From positions 1-64,000 of the IMG/VR virus record IMGVR_UViG_3300047318_000482: 64,000 nucleotides of DNA. One strand, written 5' to 3'. Under the pieces are notes generated by a model. It saw only the letters and a list, made by a program, of their open reading frames with translations. It ran no database searches and was not told where the DNA came from. The DNA is from a virus. The position numbers and the translations under genes are program-made. This document shows positions 34,532 through 44,000 of this stretch, piece after piece; the stretch's first letter is position 1, and each line of letters starts with the position of its first letter.

Positions 34532-37500
34532 TCAGGCCACTTTCTCGATGCGGATGTGGGAGTCGGTGTAGAGGGTGGTCACGGTGGCGCCGGAGGTCCC
34601 TTGTGCCCACTGGAGGGCGAGCGTTCCGGCGGTGGATCCGATGCTGATGAGCCCGCGGACCTGGATGCCGAACGGGGTGGTGCTGATGCCGCCGTAGGTG
34701 CGTGTGTTGGCGATGTCGGTCGACTCGGTGCGGACGGTGTAGCCCCAGACCGATGAGACGTCTTGCTGGGTGGCGTTGGTATTGGTGCCGGAGACCACGG
34801 TGGTTCCGTTGCCGAGACCTTGCCATTCCCCGAGGCTGCCGGTGGGGAAGGTCCACCCCATGAGGAAGTCGTTGGTGCCGGAGTACTTGATGTAGCCGTC
34901 GATCACGTAGACAGCGTTGGCGTCGACAGCGAAAGTGATCTGGGTGTCGGTGGTGGGGGTGACGCTGCTGGCCCGGGTGGCGTCGGTAGTTCGGCGTTTG
35001 GTTTGCCGGTTGCCGACGCCGGTGACGGCAAGGTCGCCGGTGATGGTGGCGCTGCCTGCGATGGTTGCTCCGCCGGCGGCCGTGATGTTGCCGGTCGTGT
35101 CGACCTTGAATTTGTCGACCGCGTTGAGCTGGGCGCGCAGGAGGCTGCCGGTGTGGCCCGTGTCGGCGTTGACGTACAGGGCGGTGCTCGAGGACGCGGG
35201 GGCGGATACTTCGAGGCGTGCTTTGGTGAGCTGTCCGATGCCTTGCTGGAGGTAGAGGTAGGCGTCCTGGGTGGGGTCGGCGGAGTTGCGGAACCCGATG
35301 CTTGCGTGGGCGCTGTCCAGGAAGGTGCGTCCGCCGAGGTAGACGGTGGTATCCGAGTCGCGGACCCGTTCCGCGCACCAGAAGTCGGTGCCGGACTCGT
35401 ATCCGAGGATGGTCCGCCACTTCATGTCGGTGAAGGATCCGGCGGTGAACTGGCCGGAGTTCATGCCGAGGACGGCGGCGGCGCCGCTGACGTTGATGAC
35501 GGCGCTGTTGGTGCCGCCCACGTTGGTCAGTTTCAGATTCGGGAACGCGTTGCTCGGGTCCAGTTGGAGTACGGAGCCGTTGGTGCCTTTGACGGTCAGG
35601 CCCGATGCGGACAGTTCACCGATCACGGTGCCGGAGGAGTTGTAGACAAGGATCTTGTTGGCGGAGGACTCGTTCAGGGTGATGCGCTGCCCGCTGCTCG
35701 CGGTCTGGACGAGGGCGCCGGTGACGGTTCCGCCGGTGATGGTCTTTCCGGTGATGGCGGTTGCGGACAGTGCGGTCGCGTCGACGGCCCCGGCCGTGAT
35801 CTTCGCGGCGGTGATCGCACCGTCGGCGATGTTGACGGTGTTGACCACGCCGGTCGGCAGGGTCTCCACGGTGACCTGGTCGACCTGCATGGTGCCGCCG
35901 GTGGCACTGGTCAGGAGGCGGACCGCGGGACGGACGTAGCGGACGTTGGTGTGGAGGCTGCCCGGGGCTTTGGGGTCGGGGCAGGCGGTCGTGGTGCCGG
36001 TGGCGGCGGTGCCCTGGACATATCCGGTAAACGTCGTCCACGTCGTCCCCACGCTGACGGTGACGGCGTTCGCGGCGATGAAGTGCTGCCCGGTGGTGAC
36101 GGCATTCGCGCCGGTGGAGGACACCCGGGTGGTGCCGTCGGCGGCGACACCGATCAGGCCCATGGACACGTTCGCGGTGCCCGCGGAGGGCGCCACGGTG
36201 GTCCGGACGCGGGCGGTGACCCGGTACATCGTGTCTGGGTCGTAGGGCGTGTTGACGTTGCGTTCGATGGTGACCGGGCCGGCGGCCTGGGCGACGGTTC
36301 CGCCGGCGGCGGCGTCGCTCACGCCGGTGAGCCAGGTGAGGGTGCCGGAGTCCGCGGTCTGCGTCCACAGGGTGGAGTCCCCCATGGCGTCGACCATTTT
36401 CGAGGCGATGGCCTGGGAGAGGCCGACGGTCAGCGCGGTCGCGGTGACCGCACCTGCGTCGATCTTGCCTGCGATGACGGAGTTCGCGGCCAGTTCGGCA
36501 GAGGTCACGGCCAGGGCGACGATCTCGCGTGCCGTCACCGCGTCCGCCGCGATCTTCCCGGCCGCCACTGCGTCCGCGGCGATCGAAGCGGCCAGGACGG
36601 AGTTCGCGGCGAGGTGGGTTGCTGTGACCTGTGATGCGGCGATCTTCCCGGCCGTGACGGCGTTCGCCGCGATCTCCGTTGCCGTGACCGCACCTGCGGC
36701 GAGCTCCGCGGTGTTGACCGACCCGGCCGTGATCTCCCGTGCCGTGACCGCATCCGCGGCGATCTTCCCGGCCGTGACAGCGTCCGTCGCGATGGCGCCG
36801 GCCGTGACGGATCCGGTGATCAGGTTGGTGGAGCCGACCACCCCGGTGCGGATGGCTTCCACCGTGACGGCCTCGACCTCCATCACCGCGGAAGTGGCCT
36901 TGCCGAAGTTCAGCCAGATCATGGGGCGCAGGTAGCGGACGTCGGCGTGCGTGACCTCGGGGACGCGTGGGTCGGTCGCCGGACCGGCCGGGGCCGTCAC
37001 CCCCGTCCCGGAGTGGCCCTGGATCCAGCCGACGTACGTCGTCCAGCCGCTCGCGGTGCCCAGCGTCGATCCGGCGGCGCAGCAGTAGTGCTGGGTGGTG
37101 TTGGAGGCGGCGCCGGCCCGGTTGACGAGGGTGGTGCCGTCCTGGGCGACACCGACCGCACCGATGTAGACGGTCGCCGCTCCCGAGGGGTCTTGCGCAG
37201 TCGCGCGGACGCGGACCATGACCCGGTACAGGGTGTCCGAGTCCTGCGGGATCAAAGCCGTGGAGGCGACCTGGACGTCTCCGGTGGCGATCAGGCGGCC
37301 GCCGCCGGACGGGGTCCCGGCGGGGGTGGTGTTGACGGTGAAGGATCCGCCGGATGAGGAGGACAGTTGCTGCCAGGCGGTCGCGTCACGGAACAGGTCG
37401 GCGTAGCGCTGGCTGGCGGTGTCGGCGAGGGGCCCGGTGAGGGTGTTCAGGTCGACGGCACCGGAGGCGATCTTTCCCAGGACGACAGCGTTCGCGCCGA

Positions 37501-38128
37501 TCTTCGCTGCGGTGACGGCGGCCGCCGCAATGGCGTCCGATTCGATGGCCCCTGTCGCGACTTTCGCTGCGGTGACCGCGTCGTCGGCCAGTTTCAGCGT
37601 GGTGACGGCGCCGTCGATGATGTCGTCCGCGACGACCGGCGCCGGCCCGTACGGGCCGACCGTCCCGGAGGCCGGGGAGGCGCTGCCGGAGGTGTTGCGG
37701 GCCACCAGGCGGACGTAGACGGGGGTGTCGCAGGCGTGGACGACGGTGGCGCCCTGCGCGGTCTCGATGGTGGTGACCAGCGTGGCGGGGACCGGGGTGT
37801 AGACGGGGGTGATGGAGGCGTGGACCTCGACGCGCTGCCAGTCCATCGGGATGACCGCCCCGCCCGCGAACAGGCCGTTCCAGGAGACGGTGACGCCGCC
37901 GATGACGGACGCGACGATCGGATCCGACGGCGCCGGCGGGGGCGGTCCGTTGACCGCTTGGACGCCGACGGTGCCGTCGCCCTGAACGCCGAGAACGGCG
38001 CGGACCGTGCCGGCGCTGTCGTTGACGGTGAGCGCGGTGCCTTCCAGTGAGGAGTGGTTGAGGCGTGGGGCGCGCTCCACCACCTCCAGGCGCTTTTGGA
38101 GGTGGTGGAGTTCGCGGCCGATGTCCAT
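34532..38128 (-). CDS. Tail fibre/receptor-binding protein, 1198 aa
   Basis: FnIII-like N-terminal part, 10-aa AVTA.KIAA repeats, two homologous CBM-like domains; start MDIGREL. Confidence 0.85.
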   Translation of the reverse strand: MDIGRELHHLQKRLEVVERAPRLNHSSLEGTALTVNDSAGTVRAVLGVQGDGTVGVQAVNGPPPPAPSDPIVASVIGGVTVSWNGLFAGGAVIPMDWQRVEVHASITPVYTPVPATLVTTIETAQGATVVHACDTPVYVRLVARNTSGSASPASGTVGPYGPAPVVADDIIDGAVTTLKLADDAVTAAKVATGAIESDAIAAAAVTAAKIGANAVVLGKIASGAVDLNTLTGPLADTASQRYADLFRDATAWQQLSSSSGGSFTVNTTPAGTPSGGGRLIATGDVQVASTALIPQDSDTLYRVMVRVRATAQDPSGAATVYIGAVGVAQDGTTLVNRAGAASNTTQHYCCAAGSTLGTASGWTTYVGWIQGHSGTGVTAPAGPATDPRVPEVTHADVRYLRPMIWLNFGKATSAVMEVEAVTVEAIRTGVVGSTNLITGSVTAGAIATDAVTAGKIAADAVTAREITAGSVNTAELAAGAVTATEIAANAVTAGKIAASQVTATHLAANSVLAASIAADAVAAGKIAADAVTAREIVALAVTSAELAANSVIAGKIDAGAVTATALTVGLSQAIASKMVDAMGDSTLWTQTADSGTLTWLTGVSDAAAGGTVAQAAGPVTIERNVNTPYDPDTMYRVTARVRTTVAPSAGTANVSMGLIGVAADGTTRVSSTGANAVTTGQHFIAANAVTVSVGTTWTTFTGYVQGTAATGTTTACPDPKAPGSLHTNVRYVRPAVRLLTSATGGTMQVDQVTVETLPTGVVNTVNIADGAITAAKITAGAVDATALSATAITGKTITGGTVTGALVQTASSGQRITLNESSANKILVYNSSGTVIGELSASGLTVKGTNGSVLQLDPSNAFPNLKLTNVGGTNSAVINVSGAAAVLGMNSGQFTAGSFTDMKWRTILGYESGTDFWCAERVRDSDTTVYLGGRTFLDSAHASIGFRNSADPTQDAYLYLQQGIGQLTKARLEVSAPASSSTALYVNADTGHTGSLLRAQLNAVDKFKVDTTGNITAAGGATIAGSATITGDLAVTGVGNRQTKRRTTDATRASSVTPTTDTQITFAVDANAVYVIDGYIKYSGTNDFLMGWTFPTGSLGEWQGLGNGTTVVSGTNTNATQQDVSSVWGYTVRTESTDIANTRTYGGISTTPFGIQVRGLISIGSTAGTLALQWAQGTSGATVTTLYTDSHIRIEKVA

Positions 38129-39231
38129 CACACGCCCCCGTACTGGTAGCTGTCGGCGGGCTTGAGGCCGATGACGGTCTGGGGGCCGCCCTGGGCCTGC
38201 GGTTTGCGGGTCCAGCCGGTGATCCGGCACCAGCCCGCGTATGCGGTCCACGGGTTGTTCACGCGGACGAAGACGTCGTCGCCGGCTTGGTAGGAGCCGA
38301 ACGGGGCGGCCGCCGTGTCGCGGACGATGACCTGGTCGACGCTGCCGCGCACAGTGGTCTGCCGCCAGGTCCGTTCCTCGCTGGCACGGGTCTTGAGGAT
38401 GTCGTTGCCGTTGACGTCCGGGAGGTCCAGGACGTGCTCGTGGCGCAGCCGCCCGTTGCGGACGGCGGAGAACTGACGAAGGCGGGAGCGGCCCTCTCCG
38501 GCACCGGCCGCACCGACGACCTGGGCATATTCGTCGCCGGACAGGCCGTCCTCGGGCTCGTCGACGATGTTCACGCCGGAGGAGAAACTGATGTCCGTAC
38601 GGCGTGCGCCAAGGCGCGGCCAGCCGAGCCGGATGCGTTTGACGACGTCGGTCTTTGCGGTGTTCCAGGAGGTGGCGCACGTGTAGTCGGGGGTGGCGTC
38701 GCCCGAGACGAGGTCGTCGACCTGGTCGCCGAGGCGGGGCATCTCCCACCAATTGGAGTGGTAGACGTCCTCGGGGGTGCCGATCGTGGCCGTGGAGGTG
38801 GTGGAGTCGACGACGACGCCGAGGTCGCCGTCGTCGATGGACTGCGCGTAGGTCCAGATGTTCCGCAGGACCTGGCAGCGGTCCGCGTACGTGTAGGGGC
38901 CGCGGCCCCCGTGCTCCCCGTCGAAGTCGTAGCGTTTTTGCAGGTAGGACGACCACGACGCGGCTTCGATGGCGTAGTCGTTGCCCTGGGCGCGGACGTC
39001 CCAGATCAGGCCGCCCCATTGGAGCTGTCCGCCGGATTCGACGTAGATGAGGGTGTTGCCGGGGTCGACGACCGCCGGGTCGGAGGCAACCAGGCGGGGC
39101 GACAGGCGCCCGCTGAACGATCCGGGTCCGTTGAGTTCGTCGCCGTACTCGAGATCGACGACGGGCAGCGCGGTGGCCAGCCACGTCCCGGTGAGCGCGT
39201 TCTGGGTAAGGATCCGGTCTGGAACGGTCAT
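38128..39231 (-). CDS. Minor tail protein (Tal/hub-like)
   Basis: ELNGPGS.SG, WGGLIW, GEG motifs; position after Dit. Confidence 0.8.
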   Translation of the reverse strand: MTVPDRILTQNALTGTWLATALPVVDLEYGDELNGPGSFSGRLSPRLVASDPAVVDPGNTLIYVESGGQLQWGGLIWDVRAQGNDYAIEAASWSSYLQKRYDFDGEHGGRGPYTYADRCQVLRNIWTYAQSIDDGDLGVVVDSTTSTATIGTPEDVYHSNWWEMPRLGDQVDDLVSGDATPDYTCATSWNTAKTDVVKRIRLGWPRLGARRTDISFSSGVNIVDEPEDGLSGDEYAQVVGAAGAGEGRSRLRQFSAVRNGRLRHEHVLDLPDVNGNDILKTRASEERTWRQTTVRGSVDQVIVRDTAAAPFGSYQAGDDVFVRVNNPWTAYAGWCRITGWTRKPQAQGGPQTVIGLKPADSYQYGGV

Positions 39232-40163
39232 CGTGGCGCCTCAACGAACTCGATGTCCGCGATCAGGGTGGTGGATCCGTCGACGCCCACCTTGCCCGCG
39301 TTGCCGGCGAATCCGGCTGCCTGGAAGCGCAGGGTCTGGGTGGAGCCGCGGTAGCCGATCGGCAGGGTGATGGTGTCACCGAGGACAACGGTGCCGCGCC
39401 GGGTGCCGGAGGCGTTGTCGTCGAGGTTGACGGCCTGAATGGTGGCCAGCAGTCCGAAGGTGGCGCGCAGGCCGCCGAAGAAGGCGGCGGTGTTGTAGCG
39501 GATCTGTCCGACGGCCAGAGAGAGGACGGCGGTGGTCGCCCAGTCGGGGATGTCGATGGGCCAGCCTGCGGCGGTGGAGAAGGTCGTCCAGGTGCTGCTG
39601 GTGCCGCTGATGTCGGTGGACAGGGAGGACGGGGACTGGATTTTCAGGGCGCGTTCGCGGCGCGGGTTGGCCACCTTCCGCAGGTCCGTGATCATCCCGC
39701 TGGTGATCGTGGACGTGCTCGAGGGGATGTCGATCCGGGCCAGCGGGATGCCGGTGCGTCCGTCCGGGATCGTCGTCGCGGATGAGGACACGCCGGAGAT
39801 GACCTGGAAGTAGGCCACGTTCCCGGTGACCGGGTTCACGCTGCCCTCGTACTCGGGGTCCTCGATCCGCAGGATGACCATGTCGGACCGGGCGCTGCCG
39901 CCGGTGGCGCTGATGGGCACGTCGGTGGTGCCGATGTTGCAGGCCGAGTAGTGGCCCTGGAAGGTGTTGACGCGGCCGCGGATCACGCCGGAGCCGTCCC
40001 CGACGGTGACGCCGGCACCCGGGGTGGTCCGCTGAAGGACTTTCAGGTCGTCGCCCTGGGTGATGCCTTCGGCGCCGGAGGCCAGGTCGCGTACGAGCAT
40101 GCGGAACTGCTGGGCGGGGTGGGTGGCCCCGTTGGTGAGGATGGGCCGGGCGAACAGGGTCAT
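39228..40163 (-). CDS. Minor tail protein (311 aa)
   Basis: GDDLKV, RSDMVILRIEDP, IPLARI..P...ITDLR. Confidence 0.8.
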   Translation of the reverse strand: MTLFARPILTNGATHPAQQFRMLVRDLASGAEGITQGDDLKVLQRTTPGAGVTVGDGSGVIRGRVNTFQGHYSACNIGTTDVPISATGGSARSDMVILRIEDPEYEGSVNPVTGNVAYFQVISGVSSSATTIPDGRTGIPLARIDIPSSTSTITSGMITDLRKVANPRRERALKIQSPSSLSTDISGTSSTWTTFSTAAGWPIDIPDWATTAVLSLAVGQIRYNTAAFFGGLRATFGLLATIQAVNLDDNASGTRRGTVVLGDTITLPIGYRGSTQTLRFQAAGFAGNAGKVGVDGSTTLIADIEFVEAPR

Positions 40164-40174
40164 GTCGGCTCTCC

Positions 40175-41077
40175 TCAGAGGGCGATGTAGGCGGCGCGCC
40201 AGGTCACGCGCATGTGAGAGGTGTTCGTGTTGTCGAACGCGGTGAACCGGAGCTCGGACTGGCCGGGGGGCAGGGAGAACAAGTCGATGCGGGAGGCCGG
40301 GGAAAGGGTGGAGGAGGCGTTGCCGCCGTTCTCCCGGGTGACGGTGCGGTAACCGGGCCGGGTGTCGATCTCCACCCACTGGCCGGCCGCGAGAGAGAGG
40401 GTGGGCATGGCCAGGGAGCGCCCGGACTCGGCGTGGATGACGGTGACGGTCGCGCACGGCCCGTAGATCCGCAGGATGGGCCAGGCGTCGGCGTCGCCGT
40501 CGTTGACGGCCCAGCCGGGCCGGTCCGCGGCCACCGTGCCGTCCTGCACGTAGATCGGGGCGACCACGGGAGCGGCGAATCCTCCGCCGGTGAGCCAGCC
40601 GATCGGCACGTCGGTGACGCTGTCGCTGTCCGCGTAAAAGACCGGGTCGTGAGCCAGGAACTCCATGTCCAGGGGCACGTAGCCGTGGACGACCTGCTTG
40701 TACTCGGGGTCGAGCTTGCGGGCGCGGACCGTGAGCTGCTTGACCGCCCGGCCGGGCCGCTTCATCCGCAGCGTCAGGCCCTGCCCGCCGACCAGACGGA
40801 CCGCGGCCGGGTCGGTAGCAGCCTGGAGCGCTGCGACCAGGTCGTGGCAGGCTTCCGGATTGCCCGGGACACGGATCGCGGCATCGAACTGGATCTGCCT
40901 CGCTGCCCAGTAGTCGGGGCCGGCGAACGAGCCGTCCATGGACGGCTGGTCGATGTCGTTGTCCCGAACCGGGGGTCGGCCCAGGCCGGTGGTCTCGATG
41001 ACCTGCACGTTGGTGCCGGCGCCGATGACGACGCCTCCGATGTCGTACTGCCAGTCAGACAGCTCAGCCAGCGGCAC
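40175..41077 (-). CDS. Distal tail protein (Dit)
   Basis: DGSFAGPDY..R.I, F.A.DPVFY, NDGDA.AWP...IYGP, LPPG; directly after tape measure. Confidence 0.82.
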   Translation of the reverse strand: MPLAELSDWQYDIGGVVIGAGTNVQVIETTGLGRPPVRDNDIDQPSMDGSFAGPDYWAARQIQFDAAIRVPGNPEACHDLVAALQAATDPAAVRLVGGQGLTLRMKRPGRAVKQLTVRARKLDPEYKQVVHGYVPLDMEFLAHDPVFYADSDSVTDVPIGWLTGGGFAAPVVAPIYVQDGTVAADRPGWAVNDGDADAWPILRIYGPCATVTVIHAESGRSLAMPTLSLAAGQWVEIDTRPGYRTVTRENGGNASSTLSPASRIDLFSLPPGQSELRFTAFDNTNTSHMRVTWRAAYIAL

Positions 41078-44000
41078 GGGCGGCCACCCCTCCCCTGCGG
41101 GCGCGGCGGACGCTGCGTCCGACCTGCGCTCCGATGTCCGATGCGGTGGCGCCGGTGCGGACCGCGGTCACGTTGACGTGGGTGTCGCCGCCCTGGCGGA
41201 TGATGACGACGGCCCGGGACGCGGCGACGTCGGTGATGCCCAGGCCGAAGCGGTGCGCGATGTCGGCGAGCACAGGCAGGGCGGTGCGCCGCTTGGACGG
41301 GCTGAGGGGTACGTAGCCCTCCCCGTGCGTCTCCGGCTCCGCAAAACGCACGACGCCGCCCTGGGTGGCGTAGATCCCGGCCCGAATGCCGCCGTCGGCG
41401 TAGGAGAGGTGCTTGTTCGCGCGGCCCAGGTCGGCCAGGAACTGGGTGGCCCGGGTTCCGAGGCTCTTGCCGATCTGCCCCTTGGCTTTGTTGGCCACGG
41501 CAATGATCTCGTCCTCGCCGAGCGCGGTGGTGGCGGCGACGTCGTGGATGCCGGTCTTACTCGTCTTGATCGCGGCGATGATGGAGACGAGTTCGGACAC
41601 CTCGTCGGCGGTGAGCGCGTTGTTCGCGGTCTTCGCCGCAGCGTTCGCCTTGGACGCCTTCGATTTGTCCTTGACCGCGGCGGCCGCGAGGTCCTGGGCG
41701 GCCTGGTCGTTCTCCGCGGCAAGCTGGGAGGCCAGATCCCCGAAACCTTCGGCGGCCAGCTTGGCCAGGTTGTCGGAGAACGTCTTGTTCAGGGTGTTGG
41801 CCTTGCCGAGCTGGCGGGTGTAGTCCTCGAGCGTGGCCTTGGCGGTCTTCTGGAGGTCGCGGAGGGCCTTGGACATGTCGTTGATGTACTTGGTGGAGCC
41901 GGTGGCCATCTTGTGGGCCAGCTTCATGCCGTCCTCGCCCATCGCGGCGAGTGCGTCGGCGACGTCCCCGCCGGCGCGCCGGGCGACGGCCTCCAGGTCC
42001 TTGTTCCAGGCGGTGGTGGCCTTCGCGGCGGACCTCAGCTTCTTCTCGACCGCGGTGATGTCGAAATACTCGACTTCCTTGGTCGTCCACTTGCCCTTGC
42101 CCTTGGTCTTGACCTTCTTCGTCTTGTGACCGGACTGCCCTGCGTCGGAGGCGGAGTACAGGGAGCCGGTGGTGGGGTCGTAGCGCCAGTCGGTGACGGA
42201 GCCGTCGGCGTTCCACTCGATGCTGTTCGCGTCACCGCCGAGGCGGCGCACGATCTCCTCGGTGATGGCGCGGGAGCGAGGCCGCTTGGAGGGGGCGAAG
42301 GGGACGTAGCCCTCGCCCTGCGTCTCCGGCTCCCCCCACACGCGCCACGATCCGCCGGGGGCGATCTGCGCGACGTGGTTCTCGGACCCGCCCGCGAATC
42401 GGCGTACGCCACCGCGCTGAATGCCGCCGCGCGCGTAGTAGTCGACGACGCCGCCGTCCGCGTAGTCCCGCTTGGCGACCGCGATGCCGCCGCTGCCGGG
42501 GGCGCCGACGGTGGAGAACTTGGTGACCTTGTTGGTCGTGATCGTGATGGCTCGGTCCCGCAGCGAGGCGATGGCGCGGGCCAGGGCGGCCACGTTGGCC
42601 TGCTGGCTGCCGGTGGGGACGGATACAACGACCTTCTTGCCCTTGGTGCTCTTGATCTTGAATCCGAGGGCTTCCAACTGGGCGCGGGCCTGCGCGGTCG
42701 GGGCGTTGACGGTGATGGTCTTGCCCTTGGTGGACGCGACCTTCTTCTTCACACCCTCAAGTTCGACGATGGCCGCGGCCGTCCTGGCATCGACCGTGAT
42801 GTCCTTGTCGTCCGGCGTCTCGGCCATCTTCCCGATCAGCAGGTTGAGCTGTTCCCGGGCTGCCGCAGTCGGAGCGGTGATCTTGTATTCGCGGGTGCCG
42901 GGAATCAGCTCGATCTTGTAGCCGAGATCTTCCAGTTCCCGCTTCGCGTCCTCGCCCAGCGCGTCGACCTTGATGGTCTTCGCATTCGGCACCGCCTTGA
43001 ACTCCGCCTGCACCGCCATCAGCTCGGCGAGGGTGGAGTCGACGCCGTGAGCGGACAGCAGGATGGACACCTGGCCGGGGATCAGGCCCATCGAGTCGGC
43101 GACCGTGGCCGCCTGCTCCGCGGTCAGCCCGTAGCTGCCCATCAGGTCGATCGCGGCCTTGCGGGACTTCTCCATCTCGCCGCTGGCTGCGGCCATCGAC
43201 TCCTTGAGGCCCTTGCCCTGCGAGTCGGCGAATTCGTAGGCGGCCACCGCGGCGTTCGCGGAGCCGTCGGCGACGGTGTTGAGGGTGTTGAAGAGGTTCT
43301 GGCCGTTCTTGCTGGCGGTGTCGAGCTGGCCGTTCTGCTTCAGCAGCGCCTTGCCGTAGCCGTCGGCGTGGTCGACGCCGTTGGCCAGTGACTCGTTGGC
43401 GTTGGTGAGCGCTTCGTTCACCCGGGCCTGTGCGGCCTGGAGAGAGACGCTGCCGCCGGACAGCAAATCAAGGGCCTCGCGCAGGGCCCGGGTGCGGGAG
43501 TCAGCGTCCGCGGTCTTGTCGGCGAGCGCGCCGACAGCACCCTTGAGCCGGTCGTAGGCGCTGACCCCGTCGCTGGCGCCCTTGACGCCCTCGTTGTAGT
43601 CGCGGGCGTCGGCGGCCGCCTTCTTGAAGTCGCCGGACAGACCGGACAGCCCCTTGCGCAGGTCGTCGGCGGCCTGGCCCTGTTTGTTCAGGGCGTCGCC
43701 CCCGACACCGGACTCGGGGTCAAGGACCCAGTCATGGTTGGCTGCGGCGACGTCCTCGAGGTGCTTTTGCAGCTTGCCGAGGCTGGTGCCCTGGTTGGTG
43801 TAGGCGTCGACGAGTTCCGACATCGGGACCTTCGCGGTCCGCGCGAGGTCGACGAGACGCTTCTGCCCGTCCAGCGTCGTCTTGATCTTCTGCTGCATCA
43901 GGTTCTCGGTGGCGATGGAGCGCACCGAATCGTCCACGGCGCCGTTGGAGTCGCGCAGTGCCTGGGAGAGGCTGCTGATCTGCTGCTGGTGCTCGGCGGC

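Noticed and set aside
34532-38128. Diversity-generating retroelement or invertible tail-fibre cassette
   Set aside because: No reverse transcriptase, template/variable repeat pair or adjacent invertase in the window
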